A stretch of DNA of 64,000 nt, from positions 139,177-203,176 of the forward strand of contig CAZHFU010000001.1 of assembly GCA_964531975.1 (NCBI GenBank), read 5' to 3'. Position 1 is the stretch's first letter; each line of letters begins with the position of its first letter. The translations under genes were made by a program, and so were the position numbers. The notes below the pieces were generated by a model that was given only the letters and a program-made list of their open reading frames with translations, was not told where the DNA came from and ran no database searches. The DNA comes from an uncultured Anaerolinea sp. (GTDB lineage: Bacteria > Chloroflexota > Anaerolineae > Anaerolineales > UBA4823). Positions 10,591 through 19,735 of the stretch are shown one piece after another.

Positions 10591-11372
10591 GCACCACCAT
10601 TGCATTAGCCGGTAAGGGCGGCGTGGGCAAAACTACCATCGCCGGCCTTGTCATCAAGTATCTCGTCACCAACCAAAAAGGCGCGGTGTTGGGCATTGAC
10701 GCCGACCCCAGCAGCAACCTGAACCTGGCTCTGGGCCTGGATTTAGACTGGACGGTAGGGGACATTCGCGAAGGACTGCTAGACCAGGTAAAGGATTCGC
10801 TGCTGCAGGGCGGAGCGGCCATGGGCACGCTCCCTGGCGGTCAAAACAAACGCGAGTACTTAGATTACCAAATCCGCTCATCCTTAATGGAGGGCGACAA
10901 CTTCGATATGATCGCCATGGGCCGCTCGGAAGGCCAGGGCTGCTACTGCGCTGTCAATCACAATCTGCGGGAGGTCATCGATAGCATCAGCAAAAATTAC
11001 CGCTACGTGGTGATCGACAACGAAGCCGGCATGGAGCATCTTAGTCGGCGAACCACTCGAGACGTTCAGCATCTATTCATCGTTACCGACCCTTCGCAGC
11101 GCGGCATCGTTGCGGCGGAACGCATCGCCTCATTTCGCAACCAGATGGATATCAATATCGAGCGGACTTACCTGATATTGAATCGCGTCATCGGCGAAAC
11201 GCCCCCGCCTCTATTGGAGCGCATCGCCCAGCTAGACTTGCCGCTGCTGTGCGTACTGCCGGCCAACGAGGAATTAGCTCAGCTGGAGTACGCCGGCAAA
11301 CCGGTCATCCAGGCCACATTAAGTAACCCTGTCTACACCAGCTTGAGTGAAAAACTCAAAGAAATCCTCTGA
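10587..11372 (+). CDS. CooC-like (MinD/ParA-class) ATPase, paralog 2
   Basis: Start chosen at ATG 10587, which forms an ATGA overlap with the upstream stop. P-loop LAGKGGVGKTT and CxC motif (GQGCYCAVN). Confidence 0.75.
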   Translation: MSTTIALAGKGGVGKTTIAGLVIKYLVTNQKGAVLGIDADPSSNLNLALGLDLDWTVGDIREGLLDQVKDSLLQGGAAMGTLPGGQNKREYLDYQIRSSLMEGDNFDMIAMGRSEGQGCYCAVNHNLREVIDSISKNYRYVVIDNEAGMEHLSRRTTRDVQHLFIVTDPSQRGIVAAERIASFRNQMDINIERTYLILNRVIGETPPPLLERIAQLDLPLLCVLPANEELAQLEYAGKPVIQATLSNPVYTSLSEKLKEIL

Positions 11373-11387
11373 TCGTCTCTTATCAGC

Positions 11388-11417
11388 AAAAGACCGGCTG
11401 GTGGGCCGGTCTTTTGG
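11388..11417 (+). terminator. Rho-independent terminator after the cooC-like pair
   Basis: 11-bp perfect stem aaaagaccggc / gccggtctttt with loop tggtgg. The stem ends in a T-run. Confidence 0.65.
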
Positions 11418-11973
11418 TTAATCGAAAACAGGAGACCTACGCCTCGTCTACGCACCTTTCCGGCTATAACCATTGATCCCTTATTTCTTGAAAGAGATTT
11501 CCGTTATAGGGTTGTTCTTTTGGCTCCCCATCTGTTTCTTCACCGGGGATATTAAATCTCAACCGGAAGAAATATTCAGAAGGATCATTACCAAAAGGTT
11601 GCTCCGCCGTGGGCCTTCGAAATACCTTCCGCTCTTACGGGATAACCTTACGAGCCAAAAATCGTGAAGGCCGGGGCTTTTGCTTTTTAAGGTCGCATCC
11701 GATGTTTCGGACTCCTGTCTAATACAAGTATAGCAAGTTGTATAGAAAAGTCAATCGCTTTAACTGTGTAGACAAATTTTCTAATCTTATGCCAGTCAAC
11801 ATATGTTGTTGCATCCATGCGCAGATAAGTTTGAAACGACGATGCCGGAACCGAGTGAACGGAGAAAATGCTTTTAATTGATCCCGGATTCGCGATGGGT
11901 TTCATAAGCTTTTCGGTTATACTTGGCTCAAAAGCCCTGTTGGGCCTGGATGAGACCGACCGGAGAACGAAGT

Positions 11974-13059
11974 ATGACTGAATTTAGCTTAAAGCAAGAT
12001 CGTTTACGCGAACTCATGGAACACCACAAGCTCGACGCCATTCTGCTGCAGCGCGTGAGCAGCTTTGCGTGGGCCACATGTGGAGCAGCGTCTTATGTTA
12101 ATACCGCTTCGAGTTTTGGCGCGGCTTCTTTGCTCATCACCCCCACCGCCCACTACCTGATTACGACCAATATTGAAGCGCCGCGTTTGCAAGCCGAAGA
12201 AAAACTTCATTACCAGGGTTGGGAATTCAAAGTCACCCCCTGGTATGAAGCCACCCAGTTAAACAGCCTGGTGAGCGGGCTTAAACTAGGCGCCGACGGC
12301 CCATTTCCTGGGGCTATGGATCTATCCGCCGACCTGGCGCGGTTGCGCGCTCGCCTGACCATCGAAGAAGGCGTCCGCTTCCGCGTCTTGGGACGGCTGT
12401 GCGCCGAAGCCATGGACGCCACTATTCAGCGCATCCAGCCCGGCTGGACCGAACATCAAATGGCGTCGCGCCTGGCATTCGAAAGCCGCAGCCGGGGCGT
12501 GCAGGCGATGGTAAATCTAGTGGCCGCCGACGAGCGGGTATTCGCCTATCGCCATCCGCTGCCCACCTTCAAAAAAATGGATCAATACGCCATGTTGGTC
12601 ATGTGTGGGCGGCGCTGGGGGTTGGTCTGCTCGCTATCTCGCTTGATACATTTCGGCCCGATACCCGATGAAATCCGTCGTAAAGCCGATGCAGTTGCGC
12701 AAATCGACGCCACGCTTATTCATGCCACCCGCCCGGGTGTAGAGATGGGGAAAGTCTTTCAAAAGGCGCAGCGCGCCTACGCCGAAGTGGGCTTTCCCGA
12801 TGAGTGGAAGCTCCATCATCAGGGCGGCCCCACCGGCTACGAACCGCGTGAGTGGCTGGTCACGCCATCCACCACCGACCTGGTGAAAGTGAAACAGGTC
12901 TTTGCCTGGAACCCATCCATCACCGGCGCAAAGTCCGAAGATACTATCCAGGTTGGCGAAAGAGATAACGAAATCATCACCACAATGTCCGGTTGGCCCA
13001 CGATTGAGGTTGAGATTGAGGGGCAAACCTATTGGCGGCCCGATATCCTGGAATTATAA
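11974..13059 (+). CDS. M24-family metallopeptidase (Xaa-Pro aminopeptidase/creatinase-like)
   Basis: Start chosen at ATG 11974 with a GGAGA SD. N-terminal creatinase-like region and C-terminal pita-bread blocks (HHQGGPTGYEPRE, GAKSEDT). Confidence 0.8.
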   Translation: MTEFSLKQDRLRELMEHHKLDAILLQRVSSFAWATCGAASYVNTASSFGAASLLITPTAHYLITTNIEAPRLQAEEKLHYQGWEFKVTPWYEATQLNSLVSGLKLGADGPFPGAMDLSADLARLRARLTIEEGVRFRVLGRLCAEAMDATIQRIQPGWTEHQMASRLAFESRSRGVQAMVNLVAADERVFAYRHPLPTFKKMDQYAMLVMCGRRWGLVCSLSRLIHFGPIPDEIRRKADAVAQIDATLIHATRPGVEMGKVFQKAQRAYAEVGFPDEWKLHHQGGPTGYEPREWLVTPSTTDLVKVKQVFAWNPSITGAKSEDTIQVGERDNEIITTMSGWPTIEVEIEGQTYWRPDILEL

Positions 13060-13061
13060 TT

Positions 13062-13100
13062 TCGAGAGATTGCTCTATAGAGACCAGGGCAATCTCTCGA
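13062..13100. terminator. Hairpin between convergent genes (possible bidirectional terminator)
   Basis: 12-bp perfect inverted repeat tcgagagattgc / gcaatctctcga with a 15-nt loop, between the stops at 13059 and 13118. Confidence 0.45.
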
Positions 13101-13117
13101 TTGATGCAAAAGACGGC

Positions 13118-13891
13118 TTAAGTTTGGGGGTTTTGCCGTGCTCCCTCTCCCCAACGGGTCGAGCGGCTCTCCCAGGCCTTATCATCCATCAGTGTCACCA
13201 CCCGGTATGACTCGGCGTATTTCATCTCTTTGCCCTTGGCTGCTTCCGCCGCCCACGAACGCAGCTCATCCGCCGGATCCCAATCACCCATTTGGCTCTT
13301 ATGGGCGCGCAGCGCCTCTATTTTTGTCTCAATCGTCTCTTCAATATTGACAAATGTATCACCGCCTTCCCACACATTAACATAAACCTTGCGCGGCTTG
13401 TGAGCAGACAGTCCTTCCAGCTCCAACTCCTGGAACAGGTTAGGCATACCTGCCGCCGGGAATACGGCATCGAGGGCCGCTTGCGAGGCGGCGCGATGAT
13501 CGGGATGGTTGATGTAACTTGAACCAGCCCACACCACCGTAGGATCGCCGCACATCACCACCTCGGGGCGAAAGCGGCGAATCTCACGCACCAACTTCTT
13601 GCGCAAATCTAAACTTGGGAGCAACAAACCATCCGGCTCACCCAGGAAGATCACCTCGCCCGCCCCGGCCAGGCGGGCCGCCTCACGCGCTTCAGCCTGG
13701 CGGATTTCAGCCGCGCGGGCGCGCGTCATACCTTCCTGGATAATCCCCACATCACCGTTGGTGCATAGCACATAGCTTATCCGCGCCCCCAACTTCGCCC
13801 AACGGGCCAGTGTTCCGGCGCTAGAAAATTCAATATCATCTGGATGCGCGACGATAATCATCGCGCTTTCGGGTACGTAAATGTCTGGCAT
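13118..13891 (-). CDS. PIG-L/LmbE-family N-acetylglucosaminyl deacetylase
   Basis: 257 aa with AHPDDIEF and HPDH zinc-binding motifs of the PIG-L family. Confidence 0.85.
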   Translation of the reverse strand: MPDIYVPESAMIIVAHPDDIEFSSAGTLARWAKLGARISYVLCTNGDVGIIQEGMTRARAAEIRQAEAREAARLAGAGEVIFLGEPDGLLLPSLDLRKKLVREIRRFRPEVVMCGDPTVVWAGSSYINHPDHRAASQAALDAVFPAAGMPNLFQELELEGLSAHKPRKVYVNVWEGGDTFVNIEETIETKIEALRAHKSQMGDWDPADELRSWAAEAAKGKEMKYAESYRVVTLMDDKAWESRSTRWGEGARQNPQT

Positions 13892-13958
13892 ATGATCTCC
13901 TCAATAGGCAGGATGAGCGAAAATCGCCTCAAGTTTTGTAGTATACTTCATATCCAGA

Positions 13959-14954
13959 TTGGAAAATCAGGCATTTATGGCTTACACCACCACCTCCACC
14001 ACGCCACCCACTCGCATCGACAAACAAACCACAGTCTCCTGCCCTTTTCTTGGCACAAGCGAAGACAAGGCGGCGTTTTTCACCTACCCATCGGAAGGGA
14101 ATTACTGCCACCGCCCCACTCAGCCGGCGCCGGTTAGCGAAGCGTATCAGCAAAGCGCCTGCCTCACCGCCCGGCACACGGCCTGCCCGGTCTTTCAAAC
14201 TGACTGGCGCGGGGCTTTTCCCAAGGAAATGGCCGATGACATCGTTCATCCACTCAACCAGCAAAAGCGATTGTTTTTGGCTCTAATAATTAGCGCCCTT
14301 ATTCTCACCGGCGTGGCAATCGCCTACTTTGGCTTCGGGCCGGGAAAGTTCCTTATCAACAGCGGCCTGGCCCACGATCCCACCAGCCTGGCCTTAAACG
14401 CCCCCACCGACACTTATCCTATCCCATCCACCACCCCCACCGGAATCCCCACAACGCTTCCCACTAGCATTCCTATTATTATCTTACCGCCTCAGCCGGA
14501 CACGGAAACCCCCACGCTGCCGCCGCCGCCCACTGCTACGTCCACTATCCTGCCGCCCACTCCCGGCCCAGAAATGGCTACCCCCTTCGGCCCGCAGAAA
14601 CGCTATCTGCTACACACCGTTCAGGATAAAGAATCCTTAGCTAACATCGCCCACCAATACCTCACCAGCGTCGAAATGATTAAGGCGCTCAACTTCTTTA
14701 TAGAAGGGGCCAGCGTGTGGCCGGGCCGGGTTTTGGTTATCACCCCCCAAATTAAAGATGTCAACGCAGCTACATTATTATGCGTGTTTCGCCTCGATGT
14801 CGCCACCACGGTCAGTGATTTTACTGCTCAGTATGGGTTAACCCCCGACGATTTGCGGCGGTATAACGAACTGGGGCCGGACGAGGAAATTACTACCCCG
14901 CGCTGGTTGATCTTCCCTTATTCCGACATGAACACCCCTGATCTTTGCCGTTGA
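13959..14954 (+). CDS. Membrane protein with a Cys-rich N-terminal region, one TM helix, a P/T-rich linker and a C-terminal LysM-like domain
   Basis: 331 aa from a TTG start (alternative ATG at 13977). Cys pattern CPFLG..CH..CL..CPVF, TM helix LFLALIISALILTGVAIAYFGF, PT-rich tract and LysM-like YLLHTVQDKESLANIAHQY. Confidence 0.6.
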   Translation: MENQAFMAYTTTSTTPPTRIDKQTTVSCPFLGTSEDKAAFFTYPSEGNYCHRPTQPAPVSEAYQQSACLTARHTACPVFQTDWRGAFPKEMADDIVHPLNQQKRLFLALIISALILTGVAIAYFGFGPGKFLINSGLAHDPTSLALNAPTDTYPIPSTTPTGIPTTLPTSIPIIILPPQPDTETPTLPPPPTATSTILPPTPGPEMATPFGPQKRYLLHTVQDKESLANIAHQYLTSVEMIKALNFFIEGASVWPGRVLVITPQIKDVNAATLLCVFRLDVATTVSDFTAQYGLTPDDLRRYNELGPDEEITTPRWLIFPYSDMNTPDLCR

Positions 14955-15020
14955 GGCCGGCCCCTCAATTCGGCTAGAAATGATGACAACACCCTGCAAG
15001 AGAGCCAGCTGCATGCCGCG

Positions 15021-15650
15021 TTGAAAGATTGGTACGCGCCGGATAAGGCGGACCAGGAAGTCTTGATGGATGGTTATATTATCGACGCCCTGGTAGGAAA
15101 TGAATTAATCGAAATTCAGACCCGCAACTTTGGGGCGCTTAAACCTAAGCTGGCTGCATTGCTAGGCAGTCATACGCTGCGCCTGGTCTATCCGGTGGCG
15201 GTTGAAAAGTGGATTGTGCGCAGCGACGCCCCCTTTAGCCGCCGCAAGTCTCCTCAGCGGGGCCGATACGAGGATGTTTTCAGGGAATTGGTTTACCTGG
15301 CCGATTGGCCGGCGCATCCCAACCTGCGCCTCGAAGTACTGCTGGTGCGGGTGGAAGAAGAGCGCCGCAGCGATGGGCGTGGTTCATGGCGGCGCGGCGG
15401 CGTTTCAATTATCGGACGGCGCTTGCTTGAGGTGGTCGAGTCTCGCCGCTTTGACACCCCCCACGACCTGCTGGCCTTACTGCCGCCCAGCTTGCCGGCG
15501 CAGTTCACCCATACCGAGCTGGCCCAGCACGCCGGCCTACCCACTTACCTGTGCAGCCGCATGACTTATACGCTGCGCACATTGGGCCTAATTCAGGTTT
15601 GTGGGCGCGCTGGACGGAAGATCATCTTTCAACTTAGTGAGAATCTGTGA
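15021..15650 (+). CDS. Hypothetical protein with a PD-(D/E)xK/CoiA-like nuclease motif and a C-terminal winged-helix-like region
   Basis: DGYIIDALVGNELIEIQT resembles the D..E-x-Q/K core of restriction-endonuclease-fold proteins. The C-terminal FTHTELAQHAGLPTYLCSRMTYTLRTLGLIQ looks like a wHTH. The start is uncertain (see findings). Confidence 0.45.
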   Translation: MKDWYAPDKADQEVLMDGYIIDALVGNELIEIQTRNFGALKPKLAALLGSHTLRLVYPVAVEKWIVRSDAPFSRRKSPQRGRYEDVFRELVYLADWPAHPNLRLEVLLVRVEEERRSDGRGSWRRGGVSIIGRRLLEVVESRRFDTPHDLLALLPPSLPAQFTHTELAQHAGLPTYLCSRMTYTLRTLGLIQVCGRAGRKIIFQLSENL

Positions 15651-15656
15651 GGATCT

Positions 15657-16235
15657 ATGGATTTAAATAAAGCCCGTTTCTTGCCCTTCACTGCCATCAA
15701 CGAGTTTATGCGCGACGACTACCGCCGCAGCGTGATTTCTGAGACACTCATCCAGCTGGGTTCGCTGCCAAAACCGAAGCAGGCCGCCCTTGAAAGCCAA
15801 ACGCGCAAGGCTGTGAATGTACCCGGTTTTCGCAACAGCGCCAAAGCGCCGCTCATGCTGCGCATTAAGGGGTTAGAAGAAGCCTTCACGCGCAGCGCCC
15901 CCCTGGTTGCCGCGATCATAGACGCCTGGAGCGAGCTGCACAGCCCGCTGCGCCTGCAAGTTCATACCTTGCTGAGCGAACGCGGCTGGCCGGTTTACCC
16001 GCCCGAATCGGATCGAACCCATCTACCCGGCTTTCATATCACCTGGCCTAAAAGCGAAGATTTTGAGGTGATTGTCGCCGCCTTCGCCGAAAAATATCCC
16101 GACGCCCCGGCTGCCGACGACGACGTGAGCTTGATGACGGTGTGGATGAGTATGCGCTTGCCATATGCTCTCGAAGAAGAAGACCAGGATGAGCAGGCCC
16201 CTGGGCCGGCCACAGACGCGGCGCTTGCCAGTTAG
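15657..16235 (+). CDS. Hypothetical protein with an acidic C-terminus
   Basis: 192 aa. GAGGA SD overlaps the upstream stop, and the gap is 6 nt. I recognise no family. Confidence 0.55.
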   Translation: MDLNKARFLPFTAINEFMRDDYRRSVISETLIQLGSLPKPKQAALESQTRKAVNVPGFRNSAKAPLMLRIKGLEEAFTRSAPLVAAIIDAWSELHSPLRLQVHTLLSERGWPVYPPESDRTHLPGFHITWPKSEDFEVIVAAFAEKYPDAPAADDDVSLMTVWMSMRLPYALEEEDQDEQAPGPATDAALAS

Positions 16236-16245
16236 GAGCGCCAGA

Positions 16246-17067
16246 ATGAGCGGTGTTTCTTTTGATCGCGCCGCCGAGTACTACGACGCCACCCGCGGCC
16301 ACCCGCTGCACGTCTCGGAAAAGATTGCCGACAGCGTGCAAGCCAGGTTACCGAAAACAGCGCGCCTGCTCGACGTGGGCGTGGGCACAGGGCGCATCAC
16401 CCGCCCGCTTTTAGCGCGCGGCTTTCAGGCCACCGGCATCGACCTTTCCGTTGAGATGATGAAGCGCCTGCTTGCGCAGCTTCCTGCGGGCCAAACGTCG
16501 CCGGCGCTGGCCCTGGCCGATGCTACCTGGCTGCCTTTTCCCACTCACACCTTCGAAGCGGTGATTGCCGTGCATGTTTTTCACCTGATCGGCGAAGTTG
16601 ATCGTGCACTGAGCGAAATTCAGCGGGTGCTCACCCCGCATGGTGTGCTGCTTGCCGGGCACGACGAACGCGACCCCACTTCAATCCGCAGCGTTATTAA
16701 TGAGCGCTGGCGCGCCATTATGGCCGAACACGGCGTAAATAAATCATCCACCCGCCAAAGCGATCCTGGCCTGTTATGGGACGAGTTGAGTCACCGCGCC
16801 GCGATCCGGTCTGAAAGCATTGAAGCCGCCGCCTGGGAAACGGAGTTCATTCCCCGAACCTATCTCCAAAACCTGGCTGCGGGACTCTACTCTTCTGCCT
16901 GGCAAATGGCCCCCGAACGCCTGCCGGAATGTGCGGCCGAATTACACCGCTGGGCGATTGAGGAAATTGGCGACCTGGATACGCCCCGCTTGCTATCGCA
17001 TTCATTCACCTGGCGAATAATCCATTTTACCGACACGGCTTCGCCGGTGTCGGATAATTTTCGATAA
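16246..17067 (+). CDS. Class I SAM-dependent methyltransferase
   Basis: Start chosen at ATG 16246 with an AGGAG SD. Motif I LLDVGVGTGR, Methyltransf_11-like core and a C-terminal extension of about 100 aa. Confidence 0.8.
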   Translation: MSGVSFDRAAEYYDATRGHPLHVSEKIADSVQARLPKTARLLDVGVGTGRITRPLLARGFQATGIDLSVEMMKRLLAQLPAGQTSPALALADATWLPFPTHTFEAVIAVHVFHLIGEVDRALSEIQRVLTPHGVLLAGHDERDPTSIRSVINERWRAIMAEHGVNKSSTRQSDPGLLWDELSHRAAIRSESIEAAAWETEFIPRTYLQNLAAGLYSSAWQMAPERLPECAAELHRWAIEEIGDLDTPRLLSHSFTWRIIHFTDTASPVSDNFR

Positions 17068-17078
17068 GGATACCGGGT

Positions 17079-18146
17079 ATGCTTCTGGATCACTCTCTGG
17101 TTGAAATTGATGGGGCGATAGGCGAAGGCGGGGGGCAGGTTCTGCGCACCGCCTTATCACTGTCCATCATCACACAGCGCCCATTACTGCTTAGCCACAT
17201 CCGCGCCAGGCGTTCGCAGCCCGGGCTCAAACCCCAACATCTCAAATCGGTAGACGCCGCCGCGGCGATTTCTAAGGCCGAGGTGGATGGGGCGCAGCTG
17301 AATTCGCAAACCCTTACCTTTAAGCCTGCCCAAAGCCGTTCCGGGCGATACCGTTTTGATATAGGCACCGCCGGAGCTGCCAGTCTGGTGCTGCAAACCG
17401 TGCTCATTCCGCTGGCCTTTGCCGGCGCGGGGTCTTCCGTAACCATAACCGGCGGCACACATGTGCCATGGAGTCCCCCGTACCACTATCTTGAGCTGGC
17501 CTGGCTGCCGGCGCTTCGAACCATTGGCTACCAGGCCCAAATCGATCTACTCCAGGCAGGCTACTACCCGCAAGGCGGTGGGCGCATCGAAGCCGGCATC
17601 CAGCCGGCAAGCGCGCCCCTCCTGCCGCTGCAGTGGACGCAGCGCGGCGCTCTGCTCGGCATCCATGGCGCAGCGGGAGTTTCCAACCTCTCGATAGACA
17701 TCGCCCAACGCATGAAGCGCCAGGCCTTACTGCGCTTGCAGAACTTACCCTCCTGGCGCATGCAGCCCAACCTGCACATACAATCGCTCAATTTACCCGC
17801 ACCAGGTAAAGGCGCGTTTATTGTCTTGGCGGTAGAATACGAGAATGGGCGGGCGTGCTTTAGCGCCCTGGGCGAGCAAGGTAAGCCAGCGGAACGAGTA
17901 GCCGACGAGGCCATCGACCACCTGCTCAGCTTTCACGAAAGCGGCGCCGCTGTAGACCCCTGCCTGGCCGACCAACTGCTGCTTCCGTTGGCCTTCGCCG
18001 ATGGGCCTTCCATGCTCACCACCAGCGCCATCAGCCAGCATCTACTCACCCAGGTGGAAGTGCTGAAGCGGTTTTTACCGGTTGCAATCCAAATTGAAGG
18101 GGGCGGTCACGCCATCGCCCATATTAAAATCACCCCCACTGCATAA
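17079..18146 (+). CDS. rtcA: RNA 3'-terminal phosphate cyclase
   Basis: 355 aa. N-terminal IDGAIGEGGGQVLRTALSLS signature and typical RtcA length. Confidence 0.9.
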   Translation: MLLDHSLVEIDGAIGEGGGQVLRTALSLSIITQRPLLLSHIRARRSQPGLKPQHLKSVDAAAAISKAEVDGAQLNSQTLTFKPAQSRSGRYRFDIGTAGAASLVLQTVLIPLAFAGAGSSVTITGGTHVPWSPPYHYLELAWLPALRTIGYQAQIDLLQAGYYPQGGGRIEAGIQPASAPLLPLQWTQRGALLGIHGAAGVSNLSIDIAQRMKRQALLRLQNLPSWRMQPNLHIQSLNLPAPGKGAFIVLAVEYENGRACFSALGEQGKPAERVADEAIDHLLSFHESGAAVDPCLADQLLLPLAFADGPSMLTTSAISQHLLTQVEVLKRFLPVAIQIEGGGHAIAHIKITPTA

Positions 18147-18208
18147 ACAGCGGGTTAGGTTATAATTCCCACTCCATCGCAAAAGAAGTTCTAAAACCAA
18201 GGGATTAC

Positions 18209-19735
18209 ATGAACATACTTAATCACCAACTATCACTCCGCATTAGCTTGTATATCCTGGTTATCCTGGCGTTAGTTGGATGCCAGACCGAAACCACCGG
18301 CGCAGCAAAACCCGACCAGGGGCCGGAGACAGCGCAGGCTTCAGATACTGTAGGCCGGCTTACCCCAGTAGAGTGTAGCACCGATATCGTAACCGTCGCC
18401 ATGCGCGGGCAACCGGCCTGCTATATGCTAAGCGTCTGGGAAGACCGCGCCGCCGCCAGCGGGCGACAGATACAACTTCACATTGCGGTTCTGCCTGCCG
18501 TTAGCCGCAACAAAGCCCCCGACGCGCTCTTCTTTATCCCAGGTGGGCCGGGCGAAGCCGCTTCAGAGAGCTACGCCGTCTTGGCAAATGGCTTTGAAGA
18601 CATCAACCAAAAACGCGATATCGTGCTGGTAGATCAACGCGGCACGGGTCTTTCCCATGCGCTAGAATGCGCCTTTGATGAGACGGAAACCGGAGATAGC
18701 GACGAAATCGCCCCACCCTTCCGCCAATGTTTGCAGCAGCTTGAACAAAACGCCGACCTGCGTTTTTACACCACCGCCATCGCCATGGACGACCTCGACC
18801 AGGTTCGCCAGGCGCTTGGGTACGAGCGTATCAATCTTTACGGCGCGTCGTATGGCACTCGCGCCGCCCTGGCCTATATGCGCCAGTACCCGCAGCACGT
18901 ACGCACCGCCATGTTAGACGGCGTTGCTCCCATCGGGTGGCCGTTGGGGTTAGATGCGCCGCAAGACGCCCAGCGCGCCATCGATCTGCAATTCGAGCGC
19001 TGTTCAAAACAGACCGAGTGCGCCGCCGCCTTCCCGAACGTGGCACAGGAATTCGAAGAACTATTAAAACGGCTAGATCAAACCGGCACGCGGGAAGTTA
19101 AACTCAACCATCCCATTAGCGGCGAACCCACCACGGTTTCCCTCGACCGCGATAGCTTCGCCAATCTGGTGCATATGCTGAGCTACTCGCCCGAAACCAC
19201 TGCGCTGCTGCCGTTGCTCATCCACACCACTTTTACCGATGACGATTTTCAACGCTTCGCCGCTGTCACCTTATCAACAGAAGGGGTTCTAACTGAATCA
19301 ATCAGTGTGGGGATGCGCATGTCGGTGGTCTGCGCCGAAGATGAACCCTTGTTGAGCCAACAGCCGGCAACTCCCGGCTACTTGGGCGATTTTGCAATGC
19401 GCGTTTTCAAAGAAGTGTGCGCTTTTTGGCCGCGTGGGGTTATTCCGGCCGAGTTCTCTCAGCCGGTTCGGTCAGACGCCCCCACGCTGCTCATCTCCGG
19501 CGAGTATGACCCCGTGACCCCTCCTGAAAACGCTCAGCAGGCAGCTCAGACCCTTCCGAACAGCCTACAAATCACTGTTCCTGGCATGGGGCACGTCAAT
19601 GTCACCCGCGGCTGCCTTCCCAACCTGGCAACCAAGTTTATTGAAACTGCCTCCACTACTTCGCTGGATACCACCTGTGTGCAATCCATCCGCCCTATGC
19701 CGTTTTTCATCAACTTCAACGGACCCACGCCATGA
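18209..19735 (+). CDS. Alpha/beta-hydrolase lipoprotein (S33 tripeptidyl/prolyl aminopeptidase-like)
   Basis: Lipobox LALVGC, GGPGEA block and nucleophile elbow GASYGT. 508 aa. Confidence 0.8.
   Translation: MNILNHQLSLRISLYILVILALVGCQTETTGAAKPDQGPETAQASDTVGRLTPVECSTDIVTVAMRGQPACYMLSVWEDRAAASGRQIQLHIAVLPAVSRNKAPDALFFIPGGPGEAASESYAVLANGFEDINQKRDIVLVDQRGTGLSHALECAFDETETGDSDEIAPPFRQCLQQLEQNADLRFYTTAIAMDDLDQVRQALGYERINLYGASYGTRAALAYMRQYPQHVRTAMLDGVAPIGWPLGLDAPQDAQRAIDLQFERCSKQTECAAAFPNVAQEFEELLKRLDQTGTREVKLNHPISGEPTTVSLDRDSFANLVHMLSYSPETTALLPLLIHTTFTDDDFQRFAAVTLSTEGVLTESISVGMRMSVVCAEDEPLLSQQPATPGYLGDFAMRVFKEVCAFWPRGVIPAEFSQPVRSDAPTLLISGEYDPVTPPENAQQAAQTLPNSLQITVPGMGHVNVTRGCLPNLATKFIETASTTSLDTTCVQSIRPMPFFINFNGPTP

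Noticed and set aside
11473-11667. Plus-strand 64-aa ORF in the AT-rich spacer.
   Set aside because: It has no SD, and its hydrophobic low-complexity product is typical of AT-rich noise. The opposite strand carries the more protein-like frame.
14952-15021. In-frame TGA between the LysM gene and the nuclease-like gene as a selenocysteine or readthrough site.
   Set aside because: No SECIS-like hairpin was seen after the TGA. The two products are functionally unrelated, with an extracellular C-terminus followed by a cytoplasmic nuclease-like domain.
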